Origin: an uncultured Clostridium sp.
Lineage (GTDB): Bacteria > Bacillota > Clostridia > TANB77 > CAG-508
Direction of reading: 5' to 3'
DNA length: 40,822 nt
NCBI GenBank assembly: GCA_947573965.1
Contig: CANPHV010000002.1
Span: 1 to 40,822 of the forward strand
Every line of letters starts with the position of its first letter. Position 1 is the first letter of the stretch. Below the pieces are notes generated by a model. That model saw nothing but the letters and a program-made list of their open reading frames with translations, had not been told where the DNA came from and ran no database searches. A program made the translations under genes and the position numbers. Below are positions 18,492-29,278 of the stretch, piece after piece.

Positions 18492-19271
18492 ATGAATATG
18501 AAAAAGAGAGAAGTAAAAAATCAATTAAAACAAATTGAAGTAGCAATTGTCATTATAATATCATTAGTATTAACTTTATATACAGCACTGCAAAATAAAA
18601 GCGAATTATCAGAAAATGTAGTAAGTGAAACGACACAAACCAATATAACCAATAATACTAGTGTTAACATAGATGCCATTCCACCTTATTCAGGAGAAAT
18701 CGTAATAAGTATCAATAATAACGTACCATATTTTGAGGAAAAAGACATTACAACCCAAGAGTTCGAATACTATTCAAATCTTGATGAATTTAATCGAGCA
18801 GGTGTAGCCTTTGCTAATGTGTGTAAATTTACGATGCCACCAGAAGGAACCAAAAGAGAAAGCCTTTCGTACAAACCTACTGGTTGGGTTCAGTATTTAT
18901 ATGGTGAAAATAACCGTTATCATTTATACGAAAGATGTCATCTAATTGCTTGGCAACTAGGAAATGAGAACAATAATAAAAGAAACTTAATAACTGGTAC
19001 TAGGCAATTAAATTCTGCCATGATAGAATATGAAAATCAAGTGGCTAATTGGATTAAAATTAAAAATAAAGAAGAAAAAGACTATCATGTCTTGTATAGG
19101 GTAACGCCTATTTATAGTGGGGAAAATAAATTAGCAACAGGGATTGAAATAGAAGCAAAATCAGTGGAAGAAGAAGGGGTTTCTTTTCATAAATTTATCT
19201 ATAATGTACAAGACAATTTTGAAATTGATTATGGTACAGGAAAAGCAGAATTATTAGTAGAAAATAAATAA
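18492..19271 (+). CDS. Secreted DNA/RNA non-specific endonuclease (Endonuclease_NS_2 / EndA-NucA-like)
   Basis: N-terminal TM/signal anchor. Motifs LDEFNRAGVAFANV and YERCHLIAWQLGNENNNKRNLITGTRQLN, matching the nuclease family pattern DRGHLIA..L.G...NL. Confidence 0.8.
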   Translation: MNMKKREVKNQLKQIEVAIVIIISLVLTLYTALQNKSELSENVVSETTQTNITNNTSVNIDAIPPYSGEIVISINNNVPYFEEKDITTQEFEYYSNLDEFNRAGVAFANVCKFTMPPEGTKRESLSYKPTGWVQYLYGENNRYHLYERCHLIAWQLGNENNNKRNLITGTRQLNSAMIEYENQVANWIKIKNKEEKDYHVLYRVTPIYSGENKLATGIEIEAKSVEEEGVSFHKFIYNVQDNFEIDYGTGKAELLVENK

Positions 19272-19285
19272 GAAGGAGGGGAAAT

Positions 19286-19763
19286 TTGGAATTAAACTTA
19301 AATAAAATAATAGAAAATATTAAACAAAATGATTTTATCGAAAATTTTATTAAAGAGTTAGGAGATGTTTTGTTTCATCCTAATAATAACGCAAATAATA
19401 TCGAATTAACAGCAGAGGAAGAATTAGAATTTGATAGAAGAGAATTCGATTTTTTACAGAATTATTTTAGAGAAGAACTTTCTGATTTAAGTAATGGTGA
19501 AATCTATATGGTAACTAATAAATATGAAAACGATGAGGAATATCATAGATATAAGGTAGCACAATACAAAGATAATAGAGAATATAAGTATATTACCTTC
19601 GAACAAGATTTACCAGAAAATATACAATTAAGAGATATTGTTAGAAAAATAAATGGAAGATATATTTATGATGGACAAGCAACACGGAGTTGTTAAAGAT
19701 GCTATTAATCAAATAAAACAAGATATCCTAAATAATCGAGGTACACCCAATGAAGAGATTTAA
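19286..19763 (+). CDS. Small acidic protein (candidate nuclease inhibitor/immunity partner); 0 frame ends 19696, and a +1 shift at CGG 19685-19687 extends it to 19763
   Basis: TTG start after AAGGAGGGG, 15 nt downstream of the nuclease stop. ...GQAT CGG AGT TGT TAA in the 0 frame. Reading GGA from 19686 adds GVVKDAINQIKQDILNNRGTPNEEI, with the stop lying in the loop of the terminator hairpin. Confidence 0.5.
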
Positions 19764-19782
19764 ACGAAATCTTTTCATTGGG
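19746..19782. terminator. Bidirectional terminator hairpin between convergent genes
   Basis: CCCAATGAAGAGATTT (19746-19761), loop AAACG, AAATCTTTTCATTGGG (19767-19782): 16-bp stem with one mismatch. Confidence 0.7.
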
Positions 19783-19792
19783 AATAATAAAA

Positions 19793-20710
19793 TCATAAAG
19801 TAGCACCTAAAACTAAAATTCCTAAATTATCTTGATAAATTTCATTGAATTGAGAAATTGGTAAAGGATTTTCGCCAATTCCTGCTTCAATTGTGTAACC
19901 AGGACGACGATAGTTTTGAATAAACCAATCTTTGTAACCGGCAAAACTAGAGTTATAAGGTGTATCAGCTAAAAGATAACCACTAGAATTAGCAAATTGC
20001 TCTCCGATGGCACGACTAGTAGGAGGGGTAAAATCTTGAAATTGCCAGTAGATTTCTTGCCCTTGTGTGTGATAGCTAATAACAAGTCGAAAGTCATGTG
20101 ACAGGGTAAAGTTATAAATGGTTAAGGCTTCAGGTTCTGTTAAAGGACCATAACCGACAAAATCACGAGGGCTAGGGCGGGTAAATCCTTGCGCATATTT
20201 TATTTCTTTTGCATTTTCCCATCCAGCAGGGAATTGTAAGTTTAAATCCACACCATTCAAATTTGCTTTCCAACCATCTGGAAAAGGAATGCTAGTAAAC
20301 TGACTAGCAATATGTAGAGCTTTTTGATAACTAGGAGAAGAAATTGCCATATTACCAGTCACTAAATCTACTCCATCAGGATTTACCATAGGCATAATAA
20401 AAATGGAAGTAGATTGGAAAAGACTTCGAATGGAATAGCCATAAAGGGTTGAATTATTGACATAGGCTTGGCAGTAATCTTCAATAAATTTCATTAGAAC
20501 AGGACTTGTAATCCACTCATTAGCATGGATAGAAGCAGAATAAAAGACTTTTTTAGAACCACGTCCGAGTTTAATGACATAGATAGGTTTTCCTAAAACA
20601 CTATTTCCAACAGTTTGGACGTTTAAAAAAGAATAAGTTCTTAATAACAAGCTTAAATTTTGTCGTAAGACATCAGAATTATAAGAAATACTGGTTGAAA
20701 CAATACTCAT
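19793..20710 (-). CDS. M14-family zinc carboxypeptidase (gamma-D-glutamyl-meso-diaminopimelate peptidase-like)
   Basis: 305 aa. HANEWITS zinc-binding motif, ...MPMVNPDGV..., ...SYHTQGQEIYW..., typical of peptidoglycan-peptide M14 peptidases. Confidence 0.8.
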   Translation of the reverse strand: MSIVSTSISYNSDVLRQNLSLLLRTYSFLNVQTVGNSVLGKPIYVIKLGRGSKKVFYSASIHANEWITSPVLMKFIEDYCQAYVNNSTLYGYSIRSLFQSTSIFIMPMVNPDGVDLVTGNMAISSPSYQKALHIASQFTSIPFPDGWKANLNGVDLNLQFPAGWENAKEIKYAQGFTRPSPRDFVGYGPLTEPEALTIYNFTLSHDFRLVISYHTQGQEIYWQFQDFTPPTSRAIGEQFANSSGYLLADTPYNSSFAGYKDWFIQNYRRPGYTIEAGIGENPLPISQFNEIYQDNLGILVLGATL

Positions 20711-20752
20711 AATTTATCACCTAAAATAGTATATGATTTTAAGAATAAAATA

Positions 20753-20781
20753 TTGATAAATCATAATAAATATAGTATAAT
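20753..20781 (+). promoter_or_regulatory. Sigma-A-type promoter for ssrA
   Basis: TTGATA (20753-20758), 17 nt spacer, TATAAT (20776-20781), ~12 nt before the tmRNA 5' end. Confidence 0.6.
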
Positions 20782-20793
20782 AAAGAAGTATGC

Positions 20794-21150
20794 GGGGATG
20801 TAATGGTTTCGACATATTACCAGAAGAATAGAAAGCAAGTAGTGGATTCTCGTTGGCCACTTAAAAAAACGGGAAATTAAATATAAACGCTGATAATAGA
20901 GAATTAGCATTAGCTGCCTAAGCGCAGCTACGCTTTGCTAAAATTTCCCACAAATTTTAGTCAAAGTGTCATAATTTAGTGGGAAACGAGCCTACTTTTG
21001 CTTTTAAAGTAGGGGGTATTTTTAAAAGCTATATCTTGTTTTAACCTGTTTGTCGGTGAAAATAAGACGAATAAAAAAGATAAACTAAACTTGTAGAAGT
21101 CTATTTGGAAAGTATTATGGACAGGAGTTCGACTCTCCTCATCTCCACCA
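20794..21150 (+). ncRNA. ssrA: tmRNA (transfer-messenger RNA)
   Basis: 5' GGGGATGTAATGGTTTCGAC and 3' GGACAGGAGTTCGACTCTCCTCATCTCCACCA form the tRNA-Ala-like domain. The internal tag reading frame GCT GAT AAT AGA GAA TTA GCA TTA GCT GCC TAA encodes (A)DNRELALAA. Confidence 0.92.
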
Positions 21151-21160
21151 AAACAAAGGG

Positions 21161-21188
21161 GTCATTTTGGGACAGTCATTTTGGGACA
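21161..21188 (+). repeat. Perfect 14-bp tandem duplication in the ssrA-tRNA spacer
   Basis: GTCATTTTGGGACA occurs at 21161-21174 and again at 21175-21188. Confidence 0.9.
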
Positions 21189-21226
21189 GGCACAAAGTGA
21201 CCATTATGAAAAGTTAAAATAAAAAT

Positions 21227-21300
<74 letters not shown>

Positions 21301-21343
21301 AATTAGTAAAAATCATAAGATAGAAGAAAAAGAGGATGATAAG

Positions 21344-21721
21344 ATGAAAGACTGTTTATTTTGTAGTTGGAAAGAAGAAAAAGAAAAAATTATAATAGAA
21401 AACGAAATGGCCTTTGCTAGATATGATGAATTTGCAGTAAGTAAAGGACATATATTAATCATGACCAAAAGACATGTGAAAGACTTTTTCGAAACAACGT
21501 TAGAAGAAAGACAAGCTATATTCGAATTAATAGATAAAGCCAAAGCATCAATTGATAAAAAATACCATCCAACAGGATATAACATTGGGATGAATTGTGG
21601 ATTATCAGCAGGGCAATCTGTTATGCATGTACATGTTCATTTAATTCCAAGATATGATGGAGACGTAGAAAACCCAAGAGGAGGAATAAGGGGAGTAATT
21701 CCTCAAAAACAAAATTATTAA
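21344..21721 (+). CDS. HIT-family (histidine triad) nucleotide hydrolase/transferase
   Basis: 125 aa with the HVHVHLIPR histidine-triad motif. Confidence 0.85.
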   Translation: MKDCLFCSWKEEKEKIIIENEMAFARYDEFAVSKGHILIMTKRHVKDFFETTLEERQAIFELIDKAKASIDKKYHPTGYNIGMNCGLSAGQSVMHVHVHLIPRYDGDVENPRGGIRGVIPQKQNY

Positions 21722-21814
21722 CAGTTAAAACAATACAAATATAATAATCTAGTAGAAAAAATTATTTTTGAAAAATTTTCTAACGATATAAAAAGGAAGG
21801 CATGAATATAAAAT

Positions 21815-22700
21815 TCAAACCTTCTTTTCTTTTACAAAATTCTTAGTATCTAAAACAAAATGTTTTCCCTTTAAATAATCTAAAAAACTTGCATCAGACA
21901 CAAAATTAAACATTAACATATAGCTACAAAGCATTTGATATTTTTTGCCAAACCTCTTATTAATCTCATTAACGCCATATTTTCCGGTCACCAACAATAG
22001 GAAAACCCAAATGAGCAAGATGAGCCCTAATTTGATGCGTTCTACCAGTTTCAATTGCAACATCTAAAAGACAAGTATGATTAGAATATCTTTCTAAAAC
22101 TTGGTAAGACGTAATAATTTTTCGATAGCCTTTTTTAAAATCATCAGAAATATACACATGAGCCTTTTTAGTATCTTTAAACAAATAAGCCTCGCATCTT
22201 TTGCTAGTCTCCTTTGGAGAACCATAAACAAGAGCAAGATAATGCTTTTCTATCTCATGTTGCTTAAACTTATTCAAAAGAATAGACAAAGCTTCCTCCG
22301 TTTTAGCAAAAAGCACAAGTCCAGTCGTATTTCTATCAATCCTATGACAAGGCATAGGTAGAAAATCAGAAGTCTTATAATTATTCTGTACAAGAGAAGT
22401 TAAGCTATTATCTCCTGTTACCTCTAATTGAACAGGCTTATTCAAAATAAGAATATTTTCATCTTCAAAAACAATATCCAAACAAGAAGTATTCTCTAAC
22501 AAAGTATCCGAAATATACACTAAAATCTCATCATTTTCATAAACAGTCATATTTTCCGAAACACGTTTTCCATTTACCTTAATATCTTTTTTACGTAGTG
22601 TTTTATAAAGAAGATTAGAAGAAAGATTTGGGAGATTTTCTAATAAAAACTTATTCAATTTTTTTCCATCATATTTTTGATTTACGATTAACTTTTTCAT
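21815..22700 (-). CDS. RluA-family 23S rRNA/tRNA pseudouridine synthase with N-terminal S4 domain; needs +1 shift at CGG (21986-21984, minus strand)
   Basis: HRIDRNTTGLVLFAK catalytic motif and RTHQIRAHLAHLGFPIVGD, then GAC CGG AAA ATA TGG CGT TAA. Reading GGA gives GD-G-KYGVNEINKRFGKKYQMLCSYMLMFNF...LKGKHF..., the normal C-terminus (ORF-track ORF 21815-22063). Confidence 0.85.
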
Positions 22701-22807
22701 AGGATTATTATACCTTTTTTAGAGGAAAAAAGCAAGAAAAGTCATATCATAAAAGGAAGCGAATATAATAGAAATGTGAACTTTGTGTGAAAAAAGAAAA
22801 AAAGGTA

Positions 22808-22836
22808 TTGACAAGCAAGCAAAAAGGGTATAAAGT
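22808..22836 (+). promoter_or_regulatory. Sigma-A-type promoter of groESL
   Basis: TTGACA at 22808-22813 with TATAAA/TAAAGT -10 candidates at 22829-22836. Confidence 0.6.
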
Positions 22837-22837
22837 A

Positions 22838-22864
22838 TTAGCAGTCGATTAACAAGAGTGCTAA
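22838..22864 (+). promoter_or_regulatory. CIRCE operator (HrcA binding site)
   Basis: TTAGCAGTC-N9-GAGTGCTAA, one mismatch from the consensus TTAGCACTC-N9-GAGTGCTAA, immediately upstream of groES. Confidence 0.9.
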
Positions 22865-22875
22865 AACAATTTTAA

Positions 22876-23169
<294 letters not shown>

Positions 23170-23216
23170 TTAAAAAGAGGGAAAGGAGATACCCTCTAAG
23201 AAATATTAAATTTTGA

Positions 23217-24872
<1,656 letters not shown>

Positions 24873-25076
24873 AAAGATTTAATAAAAAAGAACCATTTTT
24901 AATAAGCCACAAAAAAAGCTTAATAAAAGAGGTTCTTTTAATTTTAATATTTTCGAAAAAATGTTAACAAAGTAAAAAGAATATGGTATCATATAAGAGA
25001 AAATAAAAAAAGATTTTTTTGGCCCTTTTTGGGACAGACCCTAAAGAGGACATTTGGAAAATAGAAGGAGGAAGAA

Positions 25077-26081
25077 ATGAAATCAAAGATAGTATTATTG
25101 GGAGCAATGGTAACAGTTGTTGCAATTATAGTAGGGGCTATTTTTATGGTGAATAATCAAAATATCGTAGAGGCAAGTAATGAGATAGCAGAAAAGAAAA
25201 CAATGAGATTGCCAACTATAAATATTGAAGCTATGAAATTAGAGGGGATTTCAGAGGCTATTTCAACAGAAGAACCGGAAAATGAAGGGGCAACAGAGGA
25301 GGAACTACAAAAAGAAAAGGTAACGACGACAAGTCATGAAGCACCTTATTATATTATAGTAAATTATGCTTCTAATGTAGTTACGGTTTATGGAAAAGAT
25401 GGTAATAATGAATATACAGTGCCTGTAAAAGCGATGGTATGTTCTACTGGTGTAGCGACGCCAAAGAGTGGGGTGTACAAGCTTACAAATACGAGATATA
25501 AATGGAGAGCTTTATTTGGTGGCGTTTATGGGCAATATGCTGTGAAAATAGTAGGAAATATTCTGTTCCACTCTGTACCATATTTAAGTACAGATAATAG
25601 TACATTAGAATACTGGGAATATGATAAATTGGGAACTTCTGCTTCAGCAGGTTGTATAAGATTAACTGTTACAGATGCATTATGGATATACAATAATTGT
25701 GGAAGCGGAACACAAGTAGAATTTTCTAGTAGTGCTTCTAATCCATTAGGAAAACCATCTGCTAAAAAAATATCTGCTTATCCAGAGTTAAGAGGTTTTG
25801 ACCCCACAGACCCAGCTTCTAACAATCCATGGAGAAATGCGAATGGAAGTATGAATAAGGAAGAAGTTCAAACACCTAGTAATCCACCTCAAAAAGTAGA
25901 GGAAATTGTTACTAAACCAGAAGAGCCAAAAGAAGAAGAAAAACCAATTGTACCAGAAAAGCCAAAAGACCCAGTGGAAGAGGAAGATAAAAAAGACGAT
26001 AAAGATGACCAAGATAAGGAAGAGAATAAGGATAGTGAAACTTCTATACCAGAAGATAAAAAGGATGAGTTACAAAATTAA
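25077..26081 (+). CDS. L,D-transpeptidase (YkuD domain) with Pro/Glu/Lys/Asp-rich C-terminal tail
   Basis: N-terminal membrane anchor. Catalytic motif FHSVPY...SASAGCIRL. Low-complexity tail from ~25860. Confidence 0.85.
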   Translation: MKSKIVLLGAMVTVVAIIVGAIFMVNNQNIVEASNEIAEKKTMRLPTINIEAMKLEGISEAISTEEPENEGATEEELQKEKVTTTSHEAPYYIIVNYASNVVTVYGKDGNNEYTVPVKAMVCSTGVATPKSGVYKLTNTRYKWRALFGGVYGQYAVKIVGNILFHSVPYLSTDNSTLEYWEYDKLGTSASAGCIRLTVTDALWIYNNCGSGTQVEFSSSASNPLGKPSAKKISAYPELRGFDPTDPASNNPWRNANGSMNKEEVQTPSNPPQKVEEIVTKPEEPKEEEKPIVPEKPKDPVEEEDKKDDKDDQDKEENKDSETSIPEDKKDELQN

Positions 26082-26162
26082 GAGAAAAATAGAAAGTTAA
26101 CTTGCATTATGTAAAACAAAATGATACAATATACAAGTAATTTATGATGAGGGAGTGGAAAA

Positions 26163-26846
26163 ATGGACAGGATGAGAAAAATCAGAAATATAAATCTTGT
26201 ATATGGTATCATTTTCTTTATGTTTAGCGTAATTTTAATGAAACAATATTTTTTCACAAAAGATAAAATTATAGAAAAAACAGTGATAGTGGGAATTAAT
26301 CCGATGACCTCTACTAAGTCTAGTATGTGCTATCAAGAACCATTAACCATAATATTAAAAGAGGAAAAGAACGAGGTTAATTTACAAGAAGACACTATAC
26401 TTCCAGTAGAAACAGAAGAAAGGATAGAGGCTGTACCAACAGAATTTAAAGGGTTTGAAACAATAGGAAAGATTGAAATTCCCAAAACAGAAGTAGATAT
26501 TCCAATTTTAAATCAAGTAACGGTTAAGGGAATGGAAAATGCACCATGTTTATTATATTCAACAGGGGACTTAAATCAAGAAGGAAACAATTTAATTGTT
26601 GGGCATAATTATAGAAATGGAACAATTTTTTCAGATAATAAAAAATTAACATTAGGAGATAAAATTTATATAACAACTTTAGAAGGGGAAAGAGTAGAAT
26701 ATACTATTTATGATAAGTTTATAACTACAGCAGAAGAAGTAAGTTATATTAAAAGGGATACAAAGGGAAAACCAGAAATAACATTATCTTGTTGTACAGA
26801 TGATGATACTCTTAGGATTATTGTTTTAGGTAAAGTAGAAAGTTAA
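26163..26846 (+). CDS. Sortase-family transpeptidase
   Basis: N-terminal TM, GKIEIPKTEVDIPIL, catalytic His in LIVGHNY, catalytic Cys in EITLSCCT, Arg in LRIIVLG. Confidence 0.75.
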   Translation: MDRMRKIRNINLVYGIIFFMFSVILMKQYFFTKDKIIEKTVIVGINPMTSTKSSMCYQEPLTIILKEEKNEVNLQEDTILPVETEERIEAVPTEFKGFETIGKIEIPKTEVDIPILNQVTVKGMENAPCLLYSTGDLNQEGNNLIVGHNYRNGTIFSDNKKLTLGDKIYITTLEGERVEYTIYDKFITTAEEVSYIKRDTKGKPEITLSCCTDDDTLRIIVLGKVES

Positions 26847-27259
26847 TTAAAACCGTTATATTGATTATAATAATAGTTTAGGCATCTTGCCATATAAGAG
26901 GCTTCCACATTGTAATACTCAGCTAATTGAGTAGCAGTGGTTAGGCCTTTTTTCATTAAACTTTTGATTTCTTCGTAAGGAAAGAATTCTTCCCAAGCTT
27001 TTTTATCTGCTTTATGTTCCATTTTTTCGATTAATTCATACGGACTGTTCGTGTGATAGTAGGCACCTGCCATATAATGTCCTAATTCTTGCATTAAGAC
27101 GGTATTTTCTGCCACTTCACTTTTTACTTGTTTATCATCGACAACAATAGCGGTTGCTTTTTCACAATGTGCAATAGCACCTCTAGTAAAAGTAAGCTTA
27201 TGGTTGATATAATGAATATGTTCTTTTTCCATTTTATCATATAAATCAGAGTCTGCCAT
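26843..27259 (-). CDS. ImmA/IrrE-family (M78) metallopeptidase-like protein with degenerate zinc motif
   Basis: 138 aa immediately downstream of an XRE repressor (immR-immA arrangement). The motif reads QELGH where the family consensus is HEhGH. Confidence 0.65.
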   Translation of the reverse strand: MADSDLYDKMEKEHIHYINHKLTFTRGAIAHCEKATAIVVDDKQVKSEVAENTVLMQELGHYMAGAYYHTNSPYELIEKMEHKADKKAWEEFFPYEEIKSLMKKGLTTATQLAEYYNVEASYMARCLNYYYNQYNGFN

Positions 27260-27261
27260 GG

Positions 27262-27604
27262 TTAATCTTTTTTTAAATCCTCCAATTCTTGTTTAGCAAG
27301 TAAGCCGTTCATAATATTTTTTAAGGTTTCTTGATTTTCTTTATTAAGTCCTCTAATACCACTAGCAAAAGCGATATCAATATGGCCTAGCTCTACGGTA
27401 TCTGGATTTTTTACATTGGTTTTTCCCAAAATATAGTCAATTGACGCATCAAATAATTCGGATAATTTTAGCAGGGTTTCAGTGTTAGGGTCACGTTCTC
27501 CTGTTTCATAAAATCCAACAACTCTTTCTGACTTTCCGAATATATTTTGCAACGTCAGACTGCAATAAATGCTTTTCCATTCTGAGCTCTTTTATTCTAT
27601 TCAT
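27262..27604 (-). CDS. XRE-family repressor (ImmR-like); needs +1 shift at CGG (27538-27536, minus strand)
   Basis: ATG at 27604 after GGAG RBS: MNRIKELRMEKHLLQSDVAKYI, then ATT CGG AAA and a 0-frame stop 8 codons later. Reading GGA gives ...AKYI-G-KSERVVGFYETGERDPNTETLLKLSELFDASIDYILGKT, a complete HTH_3 domain with the conserved turn Gly at the junction. Confidence 0.85.
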
Positions 27605-27796
27605 AATCAATCTCCTTTAATTTGATGATTTGATTATATAACAAATTGTTCGATTAGTAAAGAAAAAGTTTGTAAAAAAAGTGAAAATATTTGCAAAAAT
27701 AAATAAAAAATTTATTAAATTGAAAAAATAAATAACTACGGCACCAAGGGATAAAAAATTAATAAAAATAAAAAATATTAAAATTTTGAGCAAAAT

Positions 27797-27858
27797 CTTG
27801 ACAACGAACAATAAGTACGATAAAATGAGAAAAAACGCAAAACGAACAATAGGTACGA
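27797..27858 (+). promoter_or_regulatory. Rightward promoter with two direct operator repeats
   Basis: TTGACA (27798-27803), 17 nt spacer, TAAAAT (27821-27826). The spacer is AACGAACAATAAGTACGA (27803-27820) and it recurs as AACGAACAATAGGTACGA at 27841-27858. A CGAACAAT core also lies in the spacer of the leftward promoter (~27645-27657). Confidence 0.6.
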
Positions 27859-27885
27859 CTTAAAAATATAGGAGAGTGATGAAAA

Positions 27886-28107
27886 ATGAAAAATACGCAA
27901 AGAGAAAAAATTATTAATTATCTATATGGTTTTGGAAGCATAACAAGTTGGGAAGCATATAGGGATTTAGGAATTACGCAATTTGCAGCAAGAGTAAAAG
28001 AATTGAAAGAAGAGGGGTATCAATTTACCAGTAAATGGGAAAGTAAAAAAAATCGAGAAGGAAAAATAGTACGATTTAAACGATATTATTTAATGAATGA
28101 ATACTAG
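27886..28107 (+). CDS. Small winged-helix DNA-binding protein (HTH_39-like, phage-associated)
   Basis: 73 aa. ...GSITSWEAYRDLGITQFAARVKELKEEGYQFTSKWESKKNREGKIVRFKRYYL matches the HTH_39 pattern. GGAGAG RBS. Confidence 0.55.
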   Translation: MKNTQREKIINYLYGFGSITSWEAYRDLGITQFAARVKELKEEGYQFTSKWESKKNREGKIVRFKRYYLMNEY

Positions 28108-28193
28108 AAAAAGCGACAAAAAATGACATTTGTAGTACATGGGATTTTTAGATATAATATGATAGATTTTTTAATTAACTAGGAGGGATACAG

Positions 28194-28547
28194 ATGATAA
28201 GTAATTTTAAAAAATTACAAGAAAAATTACATGAGTCAATTGAAAAGAATGGTTTAAATTCAGAGCAAACAAGGAAAATAAGTAAACGATATAATGAATT
28301 AATCAATTCGTATTATCAAAATGAAAAACAATTCCATGAAGGTGACTTGATGGGAATAAAATATAGAGAGTCCGTAAAATGTTTGAAAAAGATAACAAGA
28401 GATTTTGTCAAGTTTCCAACTATTAAAGAGTGGAATTTTTATGCCAAAGAAAATGATTTATTAAATTCAGAAAGTTTGAAATATATTAGTGGCAATACTT
28501 GGCATGATTTGCGAAATAAGATTTTAGCAGAAGAATATAAAAAATAA
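28194..28547 (+). CDS. Hypothetical protein with Spo0E-like N-terminal helical motif
   Basis: AGGAGGG RBS. KLQEKLHESIEKNGLNSEQTRKISKRYNELINSYY resembles Spo0E-family aspartyl-phosphate phosphatases (weak). Confidence 0.4.
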   Translation: MISNFKKLQEKLHESIEKNGLNSEQTRKISKRYNELINSYYQNEKQFHEGDLMGIKYRESVKCLKKITRDFVKFPTIKEWNFYAKENDLLNSESLKYISGNTWHDLRNKILAEEYKK

Positions 28548-28683
28548 AAAAGAATATAAAAAAGTTTTGAAAAAAGTCTTTAGTGTTTGCAAGACATTAC
28601 GGACTTTTTTGTCGAAAATGGGTTTTGTTTTTCTAAATTTAATATTGTATAATATTTTCCATACGAAAGAGGGTTGTTTGGAT

Positions 28684-28866
28684 ATGGAAAGTATAACGTT
28701 AGACAGTTTTATAGAAAAAAGAATTAAAGAAAATGAGGAATTGTTTACGAAAGAGGAATTGCAATGGATTAGGGAAAATGAAAAAGGAACTTGTAAGATT
28801 TATTTATTAGGGGTTGTAAACAGTAAAGAGTGTTATGAGGATAAGACTTTTGAGCAAGAGGATTAA
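28684..28866 (+). CDS. Small hypothetical protein (60 aa)
   Basis: ATG 28684 is preceded by AGAGGG and an upstream TGTATAAT extended -10. The ORF-track TTG start (28567) runs through promoter/terminator-like sequence. Confidence 0.4.
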   Translation: MESITLDSFIEKRIKENEELFTKEELQWIRENEKGTCKIYLLGVVNSKECYEDKTFEQED

Positions 28867-28983
28867 TTCGACTTGCTTTTTTTAAATTATTATAGTATAA
28901 TTATTTTTGTGAAAAGTTGACAACTATTGGGATAAGAAAAAAGTTGTCAATGGGAAAATGTACTAAAAGGGAAAAACTAAAAT

Positions 28984-29059
28984 GCCAATATAGCTCAGTT
29001 GGTAGAGCAACAGATTCGTAACCTGTAGGTCGGCAGTTCGATTCTGCCTATTGGCTCCA
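28984..29059 (+). tRNA. tRNA-Thr (anticodon CGU)
   Basis: GCCAATA-TA-GCTC-AGTTGGTA-GAGC-A-ACAGA-TTCGTAA-CCTGT-AGGTC-GGCAG-TTCGATT-CTGCC-TATTGGC-T-CCA. Confidence 0.9.
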
Positions 29060-29109
29060 CTTATAGCAAGCGATTCAAGACTTGCTATTTTTTGTTTGTT
29101 GGTCAAAAA

Positions 29110-29130
29110 GTGACGAAAAAGTGACGGATT
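29110..29130 (+). repeat. Left-arm GTGAC repeats (candidate arm-type recombinase sites)
   Basis: GTGAC at 29110 and 29121 (11-bp phasing). The 10-mer GTGACGGATT (29121-29130) recurs at 37228-37237. Confidence 0.5.
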
Positions 29131-29278
29131 TCAAAAAATATCAGAAATAAAGCTAGAAAACATAGATTATTTTTTGGAAAAGTGTTGAACTTCATTTTGA
29201 AACCCAGCATGATATTATTGCTTTTTATACATTTCTATGGTAATATGTAAAATATAAAAGGCTTAAGGAGGAAATAAG

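Noticed and set aside
25860-26100. Lys/Glu/Pro/Asp-rich stretch and alternate-frame ORF 25906-26100 as a separate gene or repeat element
   Set aside because: It is the in-frame low-complexity tail of the L,D-transpeptidase. The alternate-frame ORF is a by-product of the purine-rich sequence.
28567-28683. ORF-track TTG start that would place an in-frame CGG (28610) at an ordinary Arg position
   Set aside because: This stretch contains a hairpin and a TGTATAAT extended -10, and has no RBS. ATG 28684 has an AGAGGG RBS. I treat it as leader, so it is not a counter-example to the CGG rule, but it cannot be excluded without expression data.
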